Positions 42,726-54,259 of a stretch of DNA of 64,000 nt are shown here, in pieces (the stretch's first letter is position 1; each line of letters starts with the position of its first letter). Where the stretch lies: positions 62,380 through 126,379 of IMG/VR virus record IMGVR_UViG_3300025137_000018; one strand, written 5' to 3'. The notes below the pieces were generated by a model. That model ran no database searches. It worked only from the letters and a program-made list of their open reading frames with translations, and was not told the origin of the DNA. The stretch is from a virus. The position numbers and the translations under genes are program-made.

Positions 42726-44606
42726 ATGGCAACAAATTTTAAAGTAACGGAATTAGATTTCGACCAAATTAAAAAGAATCTTAAGAACTATCTGAAGACA
42801 CAGTCGACATTTAATGATTATGATTTCGAAGGAAGTGGTATGAGTGTACTCTTAGATGTATTAGCATATAATACACACTATAATGCAATGGCTGCTCACT
42901 TCAGTTTAAACGAGGCCTTTTTAGACTCAGCACAGATACGTGGTAATGTAGTCTCTCGGGCAAGGTTGCTTGGATATACTCCAAGGTCTAAACTCGCTTC
43001 TCGTGCAGTTGTTAATATTGCGGTCACAGGATTTACTGGTGATCAGGCTTCGAATAATCCTGCGAACCTAACACTGCCACGAGGAACACAATTAGTCACA
43101 ACTGTTGGCGGTAGAGAATTTTCGTTCATTGTTATCTCTGCAGATAACGCAACCATTGATTCAGTTACAAATAAGTATACCTTTAATAATGTGGAGATCG
43201 CAGAAGGTACACTTAAGACGTTAAAGTTTAGAGTAGACAATGATTTAACCAATCAGAAGTATCAGATATCAGATAAGGATGCAGATACATCTACACTACG
43301 TGTTCGTGTACAGGCTAACGATTTATCTTCTGCATTCGATATCTATACTAAGTATACTACGCTACTCAATGTCGACGCTGCAACTCGAATCTTTCATCTA
43401 CAAGAGAATGCAAATGAATATTACGAAGTATACTTTGGCGATGGTGTTATTGGAGCTCGTCCTCAGTCAAATAATATCGTAACGCTCGACTATGTGTATA
43501 CAAATGGTAAGGATGTAAATGGTGCGACGAACTTCGGAATGGGATCTAATATTAGTATCGGACCATTCAGTGCATCAGCAGTCTCCATAAGCCTTGTCAG
43601 TAAGTCGACTGGCGGCGCGGACAGAGAGACATTAGAGTCAATACGATATAATGCTCCGCTAACATTTACTTCTCAGAACAGAGCGGTAACCACAGATGAC
43701 TATCGTGCTATTATTCAAAGAGAGTTTTCAGACATCGATGCGATTAGTACCTGGGGTGGTGAAGATAATGATCCACCAGATTATGGTAGCGTATATGTCT
43801 GTGTTAAACCAGTACAAAACGAAACACTGACAGATGCACAAAAGAATACAATTAAGAATAATATACTTAAAGGTAAGAACGTGGTCTCTATTACTCCGGT
43901 CATGGTTGATCCTAACTATACTTACCTAGAGCTAGATGTATTCTTTAAATATAATAATAACCTGACAGACAGAAGTGCAAGTGATCTACTTAGTGTGGTC
44001 AGTGATACAGTAGAAGATTATAGTTTTAATAACCTCAATAAATTTGATGGAGTGTTCAGACATTCACAACTATTAAAAGCAATCGATAACGCTGATCCAT
44101 CAATTGTTAACTCAACTGTACGACCTATGTTATTTAAAACAATTACACCTAGCTTAACTCGTAAGGATAATAATTTTACTTTATTCTTTACAGGTTCTTT
44201 CTATGTCAGTGGTAGTAGTACTGATTCAGTTATCACATCAACAGCATTTCAAATTGATGGAGTTGACCACTTCTTTGGAGATGAAGCAGTAACAGGCCAA
44301 GCAAATCGTAGAGTATATGTTTATAAAATCGTAGGTGGTAAAGAAACTATTGTTGTAACAGATGCAGGCAGTGTAGATACTACAGCAGGTAAAGTTGTAT
44401 TAAATAGCTTCGCACCTTCAGTTCTACCAACAGGTGGAATTAAAATTACAGTGACACCAGCTTCATTAGACATTGCTCCTAAGAGAGATCAACTAATTGC
44501 AATTGATCCATTAAGGACTACAATTACTCCAGAGATCGATTCAATTGCTGTATCAGGAAGTACTGGTACTATATCATATAACACTACATCAAGACTTAGA
44601 GGATAA
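42726..44606 (+). CDS. gp6: baseplate wedge gp6
   Basis: ELDFDQIK.NLK, DYDFEGSGMSVLLDVLAYNTHYN, NEAFLDSA, FGDGVIG, QNRAVT.DDY, WGGEDNDPP. Confidence 0.96.
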   Translation: MATNFKVTELDFDQIKKNLKNYLKTQSTFNDYDFEGSGMSVLLDVLAYNTHYNAMAAHFSLNEAFLDSAQIRGNVVSRARLLGYTPRSKLASRAVVNIAVTGFTGDQASNNPANLTLPRGTQLVTTVGGREFSFIVISADNATIDSVTNKYTFNNVEIAEGTLKTLKFRVDNDLTNQKYQISDKDADTSTLRVRVQANDLSSAFDIYTKYTTLLNVDAATRIFHLQENANEYYEVYFGDGVIGARPQSNNIVTLDYVYTNGKDVNGATNFGMGSNISIGPFSASAVSISLVSKSTGGADRETLESIRYNAPLTFTSQNRAVTTDDYRAIIQREFSDIDAISTWGGEDNDPPDYGSVYVCVKPVQNETLTDAQKNTIKNNILKGKNVVSITPVMVDPNYTYLELDVFFKYNNNLTDRSASDLLSVVSDTVEDYSFNNLNKFDGVFRHSQLLKAIDNADPSIVNSTVRPMLFKTITPSLTRKDNNFTLFFTGSFYVSGSSTDSVITSTAFQIDGVDHFFGDEAVTGQANRRVYVYKIVGGKETIVVTDAGSVDTTAGKVVLNSFAPSVLPTGGIKITVTPASLDIAPKRDQLIAIDPLRTTITPEIDSIAVSGSTGTISYNTTSRLRG

Positions 44607-44609
44607 CAC

Positions 44610-46955
44610 ATGGCTCGATATGGAGGAGAATCACAAACACCTGGTTATATCGAATCAGTTGCTTCAAGTAAGCGTAAGACAAAAGAAAATCTTAGACTTG
44701 ATGAGCTCATACCTACTAATATTCTTCAAGATCAAATTGGCGATGGAGATCAGTCTAATCAAAGAGGTATTAAAGAATTACTTAAATCATATTATGAATT
44801 TAATAATATGGAAGAGTTTATATATCAAGAGACTGAAGTATTCCTTGATACTGTTTTAACCAAACAAGCTATCTTTAGAGTTAAGGATCCTGAGAATTCA
44901 AATGATCATTTCTTCTCAGACTTTCAAGGAGCAAGTAGTACATTATTAATTAAAAATAATACCGATGCTAATATAACATTTAACAGCGTTGCATATACTC
45001 CTGGACAAAGTATACCTGTTCCTCTTACCGGTAGCGGTGCACCGCAGATTAATATTACTAATGGTAACGAACTTCCTGGGTCACTTAAAAATAATACTAA
45101 CCCTCATGGTAAAACATTTAGAATTGTTTTTAGTGATAATACCTTTAATGGTTTACAAGCTACTCTTACAACTGTAATTAAATATTGGGTAGGTCCTGGT
45201 CCATCATATGTTCTTAATGCGATTGAAGAAGCGTTAGACATTGATGAGAACACAGAAGATTATTTAGAGATGATGCAGAAAGAAGTAGCCGCGGCTATTC
45301 CTAGAGACTTATCTAATGTAGATAAAAGGTCTCTTTATAAAAAGATAGTCGACTTCTATAAAGTTAGAGGTGCTTCAGATTCTATTGAAATATTCTTCAG
45401 ACTATTATTTAATGAAGAAGTAGAAGTTGCAAGACCTTGGGACAAAACTTTAATACCTTCATCAGGTGCATGGGATTCATCACAAAGCCAGTATTTAGAT
45501 CATAAAGGCTGGTTATCAGACCAAATTAAACTACAAGACAGCGACTTTTATCAAAAGTTTTCATACCTTATTAGAACTGGTAGGAACGTATCAGATTGGT
45601 CAGCAGCATTTAGCAAATTAGTTCACCCTGCAGGATTTAAATTCTTCGGAGAGATTCTAATATTACTGCAGTTAACAAGAAAGGCTTTAGGAGATAACAC
45701 AAAAGCTATGTACGAGGTTCCACACATTGGTGGACCGAAACATGGTCAAGGTACAGGCCAGTTCTTTTATGGCTATCCTAGAATTAACAGATTAACTTTA
45801 TCATCTATGCCTGACCGACAGCCTGGTGTGATTGGAATAGAAGATGTTCCACTCCTAGTTAAAATGTTTGCTTCAATGTTTGAACCAAGACCATCTGCAC
45901 TTATTAAAAGAAGTGGACAGATTAGTATTAATTTACAACCAACGACATTACCGAATGGCCAAGCTAATACAAATGCTGGTAAAATACTTTCAGCTGAGAT
46001 TGCTAAAGCGGGCTATGGTTATCCAGTAAATCTTAGTACTGAAACAATAGTTAATGGCGAAAAGCTTTATGCAGGTCCTACTGTTACAGTAACAGGAACG
46101 GGCGGATCAGGTGGAGCTCTTACTTGTAAAGTTACAGCTAATGGTTCATTATCACCAGATGGATTTGTTATTACCAATGTAGGATCAGGTTATACTGGAA
46201 TTGCGGCTTCAATACCAGCAGTAAGTAATCCTGGAACTATAAGTAAAATATTTTTACATGGCGTTACAGGCGCTAATCAAAAATATAGAATTCCACCTAA
46301 GGTAGTTATAGATGCACCAACATCAAAAAACGCTTTAGGGGAACCACTATCAACTAACATTCAAGCGACAGCGACACTTTTACTTCAGCCAACAACGATT
46401 AATAATATACAAGTAGTAAATACTGGTAGTAGTTATTCATCTGCACCAACAGTAACAATAAGTGGTGGAGGTGGTAGTAATGCTACTGCAGTAGCACAAA
46501 TGGATAATGGTAATATAAGTAGAATTGTTATGACAAATCATGGGAGTGGTTATACATCAGTTCCAACAGTAACAGTTACTGGTAATGGTAAATTAAGAGC
46601 TGAACTAGTTCCTTCGCCATTAGCAGATAGTACAATTTTAGTTCCTACTAATCCTGGTAGGGGATATATTTTAGAACCTGAGATACGACTTGGCTCTGGT
46701 GTCCAAGACGAAGTAAGAGCTAAAGACACTACTATGATATTACAATTAGTAATGAATCTGCTTGAAGATACTTTTGAAATTAATCATGATAACAACTTTT
46801 ATAATATTAAAAAGAACAATTGGTTTTCAACTAGAAAATTTAGAGATAATGTGCCATTAAAAGAATATGGTGCAAATTTACTTACAACTACATCTATAAC
46901 TAATATAAATAGATATAACGGTATGAGTAGCATAACATATAAGTCTACAACATAA
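44610..46955 (+). CDS. gp7: baseplate wedge gp7-like
   Basis: FYKVRG...SI..FFRLLF, LQDS.FYQ.FSY, VHPAGFKFFGE; GSGYTS.PTV repeats; between gp6 and gp8. Confidence 0.8.
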   Translation: MARYGGESQTPGYIESVASSKRKTKENLRLDELIPTNILQDQIGDGDQSNQRGIKELLKSYYEFNNMEEFIYQETEVFLDTVLTKQAIFRVKDPENSNDHFFSDFQGASSTLLIKNNTDANITFNSVAYTPGQSIPVPLTGSGAPQINITNGNELPGSLKNNTNPHGKTFRIVFSDNTFNGLQATLTTVIKYWVGPGPSYVLNAIEEALDIDENTEDYLEMMQKEVAAAIPRDLSNVDKRSLYKKIVDFYKVRGASDSIEIFFRLLFNEEVEVARPWDKTLIPSSGAWDSSQSQYLDHKGWLSDQIKLQDSDFYQKFSYLIRTGRNVSDWSAAFSKLVHPAGFKFFGEILILLQLTRKALGDNTKAMYEVPHIGGPKHGQGTGQFFYGYPRINRLTLSSMPDRQPGVIGIEDVPLLVKMFASMFEPRPSALIKRSGQISINLQPTTLPNGQANTNAGKILSAEIAKAGYGYPVNLSTETIVNGEKLYAGPTVTVTGTGGSGGALTCKVTANGSLSPDGFVITNVGSGYTGIAASIPAVSNPGTISKIFLHGVTGANQKYRIPPKVVIDAPTSKNALGEPLSTNIQATATLLLQPTTINNIQVVNTGSSYSSAPTVTISGGGGSNATAVAQMDNGNISRIVMTNHGSGYTSVPTVTVTGNGKLRAELVPSPLADSTILVPTNPGRGYILEPEIRLGSGVQDEVRAKDTTMILQLVMNLLEDTFEINHDNNFYNIKKNNWFSTRKFRDNVPLKEYGANLLTTTSITNINRYNGMSSITYKSTT
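46904..46911 (+). promoter_or_regulatory. T4-type late promoter
   Basis: TATAAATA upstream of gp8. Confidence 0.65.
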
Positions 46956-46980
46956 TGTATAAACAACGGGAATTAGAAAA

Positions 46981-48498
46981 ATGACAGCAATAGTAACTTC
47001 ACAGTTTAGAGTAGTAAATGCTCAAAATTTTAAAGAGGACGTAGAAACTAGCAGTGTATATGTTGGCATCGGTAAAGCAGACGTTTGGTCAAACAGCACA
47101 TCCGATAAAACAGACACTGATGCTTTTACTCCATACGACAACCAAACAAACGTAGCAGAAGCTTGGCAGAACATGATCGGTCTTAAAAAGATCGCGGCCA
47201 GTGATGTATCACATGTAGTACCAAGACATAATTGGACTGCAGGTAATAGTTATCAACCATGGGATTCAAATTATAAAGAATCTATTAGTGGTGTGATAAC
47301 ACCTACATCTATCTTTGATTCTCTAAACCCGTTTTATGTTATGACTTCTCAGTTTAAAGTTTATAAATGTATTATTGCTGGTCCTTCAGGTGTTTCAGTT
47401 GAACCTGTACATACATCAGAACAGCCCACAGGTGCTGCAGAAGATGGTTACCAATGGAAATATATGTATACAGTTACCGTTGCTGCTTCAGAAAAATTCC
47501 TAACTACTTCATACATGCCAGTTAAAACCTTAGCATTAAGTCCAGCTCTTGCGGCTACTGATCCTAATCAGCCACAACAAGCAGCTCAAATAGCTTCAAA
47601 CAGTAGTGCTAAACGTGAAGGAATCGAAAGATTAGTTATAACTACTAACGGTGTTGATAGTGTTACTTCAGGCTCTGGGTATTCAACAACAAACCGACCT
47701 ACAGTTACTATCACAGGTGATGGTAATAATGCTGCAGCTGTTGTTAATGCGACTGATATTGATAGTAGTGGTAGACTTACTAGTATTACTATTACTAATA
47801 AAGGAAGTGGTTATACAGTAGCAGATGTTACTATAACAAAAAACTCTAGTGATTCTGGAACTCCAGTTATTGCAACAGCTCGAGCTGTCCTTGCTCCTTC
47901 AGGAGGCCACGGCGTAGATCCAGTATCTGAACTTGGAGCTTTCTATGTTGGTATTAATAGTTTACTTACAGGTAACGAAGGCTCTGGTAACGACCTTACA
48001 ATTAATCAAGACTTTAGACAAGTTAGTCTAATTAAAAATCCATCCTCAATCGCAGCTGGCGTTAAGGTTGGAACTATCGTGGCTGGTAATTTAACTACAC
48101 CTGCAACAGCAACTACGCTAAAAGGAACACAGTTCTTAAAAGTTGCATCAGGTCAAACTACTACTAACTTTAATGCTGATCAAGTTGTATTAGGTGGAAC
48201 AAGTGGAGCTAAGGCATTCGTAGTAGAAGCACCACAGACAGGAGCCCAGGCTGGTAGAATTTATTATCACCAAAACGAAAAGACTGGTTATACCAAGTTT
48301 ACAACAGGTGAGACAGTTAGTACTACAGCTGATGGAGGATCAGGTTCAGCCTCATTAGATACTACAGGAAACGGCGGATTTAATTTTACAGCTGAAGCAC
48401 ATAAAGGTAGCGGCGAAATGGTATTCCTAGAAAATAGAGCACCTATTAGCAGAACAGCTACACAGATTGAAGATATTAAACTCATAATTGAATTCTAA
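46981..48498 (+). CDS. gp8: baseplate wedge gp8
   Basis: MTAIVT..FR..NA, VVPR.NW, FYVMT..FKVYKC, DGYQWKYMY, GGHG.DP..EL, ENR.PI.R...Q.EDIKLIIEF. Confidence 0.92.
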   Translation: MTAIVTSQFRVVNAQNFKEDVETSSVYVGIGKADVWSNSTSDKTDTDAFTPYDNQTNVAEAWQNMIGLKKIAASDVSHVVPRHNWTAGNSYQPWDSNYKESISGVITPTSIFDSLNPFYVMTSQFKVYKCIIAGPSGVSVEPVHTSEQPTGAAEDGYQWKYMYTVTVAASEKFLTTSYMPVKTLALSPALAATDPNQPQQAAQIASNSSAKREGIERLVITTNGVDSVTSGSGYSTTNRPTVTITGDGNNAAAVVNATDIDSSGRLTSITITNKGSGYTVADVTITKNSSDSGTPVIATARAVLAPSGGHGVDPVSELGAFYVGINSLLTGNEGSGNDLTINQDFRQVSLIKNPSSIAAGVKVGTIVAGNLTTPATATTLKGTQFLKVASGQTTTNFNADQVVLGGTSGAKAFVVEAPQTGAQAGRIYYHQNEKTGYTKFTTGETVSTTADGGSGSASLDTTGNGGFNFTAEAHKGSGEMVFLENRAPISRTATQIEDIKLIIEF

Positions 48499-48505
48499 TA
48501 TACAT

Positions 48506-48513
48506 TATAAATA
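48506..48513 (+). promoter_or_regulatory. T4-type late promoter
   Basis: TATAAATA upstream of the 48536 ORF. Confidence 0.7.
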
Positions 48514-48535
48514 TTAGTAAGAAGAGAGAAAAAAG

Positions 48536-51500
48536 ATGACAATAAGTAAAAGCCTTAAGAACTATGACACACTACCATATTTTGATGACTTTGATGAATC
48601 AAAAAATTATTCGCGAATATTATTTAAGCCAGGGTATTCTGTTCAAGCTAGAGAGCTTACTCAGCTACAGACAGCATTGCAAGCACAGATTGATAAGTAT
48701 GGTCAATGGGCGTTTAATAATGGTTCGGCTGTCATTGGTGGTAAGGTCTCATTAGATGTTGAATACGATTTTATTAAAATAGAAGATGTATTTTATTCTA
48801 CTGTTCTTACTGGAAGCGGAGCTTCATATAATTCTTCTACTAACATTGCTGACTTTGTTGGAAAGACAATTACCGGTAAAGGAAATACTACTAATCAAGT
48901 TACAGCTAAGGTTGTAGGATTTAGTACATTTGTTAGTAATGGAGAACCTAATACATTATTTATTAAATATACTAATAGCGGTGGCCCTGCTAAGGATGTT
49001 AAAAAGTTTGTAGCTGGAGAAACCTTTGTTAGTAGTGGTACCGCTCAATACGGTAAAGTTGGTGGAGAAGCTTCAGCAAGTGCTACTGAATATGTAGGTA
49101 CGACTGCATCAACAAACTCATCAATAACAGGCGATAAAATAGGAAAAGGTTCATCAGCATATTTAGAAGAAGGTGTATTCTTTTTACATGGCACATTTGT
49201 TTATGTACCAGGACAAACTTTAGTTTTAGAAAAATACACTAATACTCCAACATATGCACTAGGATTAAGCGTAGTCGAAAATGCGGTAACGTCTGGAACT
49301 GATGCATCATTAACAGATAATGCTAGTGGATCTCCCAATCACACAGCACCTGGCGCAGATAGATACCAAATCGTCGCCACATTAGTTAAAGATAATATAC
49401 TAGAAGCTAGTCAAACAACTGTTAACTTTATTCCATTAACTAAAATTAAAAATGGTATTACACAATCTGTCACCACTGACGACACTAATGTTGCACTTAC
49501 TGAAAGATTTGCAACTAGAACATTTGATGAAAGTGGAAACTATGTAGTAAGGCCTTTTGTTCTAGACATTAATGAACATTTAAACGATGGTGCTGGAAAT
49601 AATGGTTACCTACTACTTGCAGATGGCGGTAATTCTAGTAAGATGGCTATTACAGTTGAACCATCAGTTGCTTACGTACAAGGATTTAGAATTGATAAAG
49701 GTGCTACTGATCCTGTTATTATAGATAAGCCAAGATCAGCAAGTGATACTGGTTTAGCATCAGGAGCAACTACAGCTATACCATTAGGCAATTATATTAA
49801 ATTAAGACCTACAGATATTCTAGGTATACCAGATGTTGATGATTTAAAGTTAATTAATTTAACAGATACCGCAGCCGGTGCTGGAACTGTAATTGGTACA
49901 GCAAGGACACGAGGATTAGAATATATTAGCGTTGGTGATGCTCATTATAGATTATATATATTTGATGTTGTAATGGGTACAAATCGAGTATTCACAAATG
50001 TCAAAGGTGTTATACAAGCAAATAGTGGAGTAGACTTTAAAGGTACAGTAGGCAGTACTGCCGCGGCTTCAACGTCAGCTACTATTTTTGATACTGGTAA
50101 TAACTCATTAGTATATAGGTTGCCATTTGACACAGTAAAAACTTTAGAAACTTCTGGTTCAACTGTTGGTTCATATAAGGTAAGACAGAAAGTTTCAACT
50201 ACAATCAATGGAAGCGGAAAGGCAATATTTACTATTTCTAGTGGTCTTCTTGCTAACAACGATGATATCTTCGTATCTATTGCTGATCATCAAAGTGGTA
50301 AGATTATTCCAATTGATACAGTTGAAACTGGTATTAATGCTTCTAATTTTACATTAGGCACAGCTGATACAGGTGTTACTATGACTAATGGTGTAGCAAT
50401 TCAAGCAATAGTTACAGTTCTTAGAAATAATTTTCAACCAAAATCGAAAACATTAGCTTCAGGATCTGTAACAAAAACATTTGCAGTTAATACCGCACGT
50501 TATCCTCTAGGCGTAAATGATGTTAGTAAATTAAATGATATTAGAGATGTTAATAATAAGTCGGTTCTTAATAAGTTTCAATTAGATGATGGACAAAGAG
50601 AAAATTTCTATACACAATCGTCTATTATATTAAAGGGTGGTGAAACAGTACCAGCTGGTGCAATGGTAATTACATATGAGCATTACACACATGGACCTGG
50701 TGACTACTTCTCAGTAGATTCATATTACACACCAGGCTCTCCAAGTGGTACACCTACTACTGCTGAAGCTGCTAAGTACGAAAGAATACCAACATTTAAA
50801 AGTTCTCAAGGCGTTATTGATCTAAGAGATTGTTTAGACTTTAGGCCAGTGAAAGCTGTTGACGGAACATTTTCGGGAGGTATATCCTCTATATCATCTC
50901 CAGTAGCTCCTGATAACTTTGCTACTAATAATATTAGTGTATATCTTCCACGTAAGGATAAACTCTTTATTACTAAACAAGGCGAATACAAATACGTTAC
51001 AGGTGTCTCTAATATTGATCCAGTAGCTCCTGAAAATGTAAAGGACGCAATGCCGTTATACACATTAGAAATTTCTCCTTATGTATTTAATAAATTAGAT
51101 ATTAAACCTGTCCCTTATGATAATAAGAGATACACAATGAGAGATATTGGAAAGCTAGATAAAAGAATTAAAACATTAGAATATTATACTACGCTTTCAC
51201 TATTAGAAAAATCAGCGCAAGCAACACCACTATTAGATGCTGATGGTAACCCAAGAATTAAAAATGGATTCATCGTAGATAATTTTACAGGACACAATAT
51301 AGGTAATGTATCTAATTCAGATTATCATGTGGCGGTTGATAAATCAGCTGGTCTTGCTAGGCCAATGTTTGATGAAAGGAATGTTAACCTTATAAGAAAA
51401 ACAGGTGATTCTGGAGCATGTGTTAACTCTTCAGTTGAATTTGGAGTTAAAGGCGATGGTGTTGCAAGAAGAGGAGATATTGTTACTCTCCCTTATACAT

Positions 51501-54025
51501 CAGGTCTCTATATCGATCAACCATTTTCAACTTATGCTGAATTTGTAAATCCATATGATATATTCGTATGGGAAGGAAAAATTGAATTATCTCCTGGTTC
51601 AGACGAATGGAAAGAAGTTGATGTTAGACCAGATATTATAATAGATGATAATAGCATATACGATCAATTTGTAGCCATGGCTGAGGAAGAAGGTATTCTT
51701 GGAACAGTTTGGAATGAATGGGAAACAAATTGGGCAGGTAAAGAACAGACAGGTGAAACATCAACTCAAAGATTAGTAGGAAAAAATGTTGCACAAAGTC
51801 TAGGTTTAGGCCAAGCTCCACGTAATACAAACGCAGCTATAATTAAAGAAACTCAAAAGGCATTTACAGAAACTGGTACAGCCTCTAGATCTGGATTAAC
51901 AACTTCAATTGCAACTGATACTCAATTTAAAGAAGTTGGAGATTATGTTGTAGAAACAAACTTTATTCCATTCATGCGTTCAAGAAGAATATATTTCCAA
52001 GCTGAACTTATGAAACCAAACAGTAAGTTACATGCATTCTTTAATGGTACTAATGTAACTGCATACTGTAAAACAGAATCAAGTTTTGTACAATTTTCAA
52101 CTCGTACTGGTGTTAAATCATATAGTGGAAAAACTGTATGGGTTGATTCTAATGGTGCAACCTCTGGTTCATCTGGATCTTTAACAACTGACGCGGCTGG
52201 TAGATGTACTGGATCATTTGTTATTCCTAGGAATGATGTTCTTAAATTTAAAACAGGCTCAAGAGAATTTAAATTAACTGACAGTTCAGCCAATGATTCC
52301 AATCTTGCTGATACTTATGCATCAACAACATTTTATTCTCAAGGTTTACTTGAGGTTCATCAGAAAACAATTATTGCTACTAAAATACCAAGATTGGTTA
52401 CTAGAGAAGTTGGTGAATCTAATTCAGTTACTAGGACAACGTTTGAAAAATCAGTTGAATTAGTAAGATGGACTGATCCTGTATCTCAAACGTTTGCAAT
52501 AACAGATCCAGATTCTACTGGTTCTGGTATATTTGCTAATAGTGTTGATATATTCTTTAATGCTAAGGATGCTAATATTCCAATAGAAATTTCTATTAGA
52601 GCTGTAGAGAATGGTTATCCTACACAAAGAGTAGTTCCTGGGTCAGACGTAGTTGTATATCCAGCTAATATTTCTACTTCAGCTGATGCTTCTACAGCTA
52701 CTAATGTTAAATTTAAATTCCCAGTATACCTAGAAAGAGATACAGAATACGCTATAGTATTAATCGCTAACTCAGCTGTTTATAAAGTATACGTAGCTGA
52801 AGTAGGCGGAATGGATTTAACAAGAACATCTATAAGAGTTAACAAACAACCATATAACGGAGTGTTCTTTACATCTGCAAATGCTTCCACATGGACAGCT
52901 GAACAAACTAAAGATCTTAAGTTTAAGCTTAATCGTTGTGTGTTTAGTACTAGTGATCAACATATTACTTTAGTTAATGATGCTATTGAACCTTTTAAAT
53001 TAAATCCAAATTCACTAGAGTTTCTTACAGCTACTAAAATTAGAGTTCACCATAAAAACCATGGTCATTACGGAAGCGTTGCTCATCAAGTTGTCTTAGC
53101 TGGATTTGTTGCTGAAAATGGTATTACTGATATTAGTAAGATCAATAAGGCACATGCTATTACTGAGATAGAACATGATTCATATGTTATTACACATACA
53201 GGAAGTGCTACTGCTGTTGGTATTGTAGGCGGTGGAACTGAAATGACTGCTACTGAAAACAGAGCTTATAACACATTAAGGTTATCATTAGAGAATACTC
53301 AAGTGCCAGGCACTACACTTACTACTAAATTGCTTCCAACAGCTGGTTCTTCTATGGACTCTTCTACTCAATCACCATACGGTATACAGTCAGAAGTTAC
53401 AATACTTCCAAATAGTAACTTTAGGCCAGATATTCCATTATGTGTAATGTCCCCAGTTGCTAATGGAGGATCTACTTCACTTACTGAAGTTAAATGTATA
53501 TTAAGTAATAGTGGTAACGATAGAATATCTCCAGTACTAGATATTGAAAGAACATCTCTAGTAACAGTTCAAAACAGAATTAATGATGCTACTTCAAATT
53601 CTTCAGCTTATACAAGTAGAGGAACTTATATAGCAGAAACTGCACCAACAGGTACTTCTAATTTAGCTAAATATATAACTAAGAAGATTGAATTAGAAAA
53701 CGAAGCTGATATAATTGATGTATATACATCAGTACATAGACCTACAGATTCATCAGTAGATCTATATTATAAAGTTCAAGGTTCCGGTGATGATGGAGAC
53801 TTTTCAGAAATCCCGTGGGTACTAGTTAATCCATTAAAGGCAATACCAATATCAGATTCTGGAATGAGTGAAGCGCATTACGAAATTAATCCTACAGCTG
53901 TGCTGGGTGGAGTAACTTCAGCGTTAGCATTCTCAAAGTTTGCAATTAAAATTGTATTAAGATCTAAAAACAGCTCGAACGTTCCAATGATTGGCGACTT
54001 TAGAGCAATAGCAACAACGGCGTAA
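48536..54025 (+). CDS. large virion structural protein (VrlC/DUF4815-like)
   Basis: PYFDDFD, ILFKPG.SVQARELTQLQ, APGADRY, RTFDESGNY, YTMRDIG.L.KRI..LEYYT.LSLLE, KNGFIVDNF. Confidence 0.85.
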   Translation: MTISKSLKNYDTLPYFDDFDESKNYSRILFKPGYSVQARELTQLQTALQAQIDKYGQWAFNNGSAVIGGKVSLDVEYDFIKIEDVFYSTVLTGSGASYNSSTNIADFVGKTITGKGNTTNQVTAKVVGFSTFVSNGEPNTLFIKYTNSGGPAKDVKKFVAGETFVSSGTAQYGKVGGEASASATEYVGTTASTNSSITGDKIGKGSSAYLEEGVFFLHGTFVYVPGQTLVLEKYTNTPTYALGLSVVENAVTSGTDASLTDNASGSPNHTAPGADRYQIVATLVKDNILEASQTTVNFIPLTKIKNGITQSVTTDDTNVALTERFATRTFDESGNYVVRPFVLDINEHLNDGAGNNGYLLLADGGNSSKMAITVEPSVAYVQGFRIDKGATDPVIIDKPRSASDTGLASGATTAIPLGNYIKLRPTDILGIPDVDDLKLINLTDTAAGAGTVIGTARTRGLEYISVGDAHYRLYIFDVVMGTNRVFTNVKGVIQANSGVDFKGTVGSTAAASTSATIFDTGNNSLVYRLPFDTVKTLETSGSTVGSYKVRQKVSTTINGSGKAIFTISSGLLANNDDIFVSIADHQSGKIIPIDTVETGINASNFTLGTADTGVTMTNGVAIQAIVTVLRNNFQPKSKTLASGSVTKTFAVNTARYPLGVNDVSKLNDIRDVNNKSVLNKFQLDDGQRENFYTQSSIILKGGETVPAGAMVITYEHYTHGPGDYFSVDSYYTPGSPSGTPTTAEAAKYERIPTFKSSQGVIDLRDCLDFRPVKAVDGTFSGGISSISSPVAPDNFATNNISVYLPRKDKLFITKQGEYKYVTGVSNIDPVAPENVKDAMPLYTLEISPYVFNKLDIKPVPYDNKRYTMRDIGKLDKRIKTLEYYTTLSLLEKSAQATPLLDADGNPRIKNGFIVDNFTGHNIGNVSNSDYHVAVDKSAGLARPMFDERNVNLIRKTGDSGACVNSSVEFGVKGDGVARRGDIVTLPYTSGLYIDQPFSTYAEFVNPYDIFVWEGKIELSPGSDEWKEVDVRPDIIIDDNSIYDQFVAMAEEEGILGTVWNEWETNWAGKEQTGETSTQRLVGKNVAQSLGLGQAPRNTNAAIIKETQKAFTETGTASRSGLTTSIATDTQFKEVGDYVVETNFIPFMRSRRIYFQAELMKPNSKLHAFFNGTNVTAYCKTESSFVQFSTRTGVKSYSGKTVWVDSNGATSGSSGSLTTDAAGRCTGSFVIPRNDVLKFKTGSREFKLTDSSANDSNLADTYASTTFYSQGLLEVHQKTIIATKIPRLVTREVGESNSVTRTTFEKSVELVRWTDPVSQTFAITDPDSTGSGIFANSVDIFFNAKDANIPIEISIRAVENGYPTQRVVPGSDVVVYPANISTSADASTATNVKFKFPVYLERDTEYAIVLIANSAVYKVYVAEVGGMDLTRTSIRVNKQPYNGVFFTSANASTWTAEQTKDLKFKLNRCVFSTSDQHITLVNDAIEPFKLNPNSLEFLTATKIRVHHKNHGHYGSVAHQVVLAGFVAENGITDISKINKAHAITEIEHDSYVITHTGSATAVGIVGGGTEMTATENRAYNTLRLSLENTQVPGTTLTTKLLPTAGSSMDSSTQSPYGIQSEVTILPNSNFRPDIPLCVMSPVANGGSTSLTEVKCILSNSGNDRISPVLDIERTSLVTVQNRINDATSNSSAYTSRGTYIAETAPTGTSNLAKYITKKIELENEADIIDVYTSVHRPTDSSVDLYYKVQGSGDDGDFSEIPWVLVNPLKAIPISDSGMSEAHYEINPTAVLGGVTSALAFSKFAIKIVLRSKNSSNVPMIGDFRAIATTA

Positions 54026-54028
54026 ATT

Positions 54029-54259
54029 ATGGCAAAGAAGAAAATAGTAGAAATAACAGATGAACCTAACCTAGTTAAAGATCTAACATCTGGTGCAGTT
54101 ATAAATACTAATAGGTCGGCATATGAAGCAAGGATTGAAGCAAGAGATCGTAAAGCCAGAAAGGCTGAAACCGATCTTCAGCAAAGTAAAGATATCGATT
54201 CATTAAAAGCTGATATGGCAGAAATAAAGAAATTACTAAAAAGTATAGCGAGTAAATAA
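54029..54259 (+). CDS. small coiled-coil protein
   Basis: LVKD..SGAVINT...Y; C-terminal coiled coil; a TATAAATA lies inside it at 54100. Confidence 0.75.
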   Translation: MAKKKIVEITDEPNLVKDLTSGAVINTNRSAYEARIEARDRKARKAETDLQQSKDIDSLKADMAEIKKLLKSIASK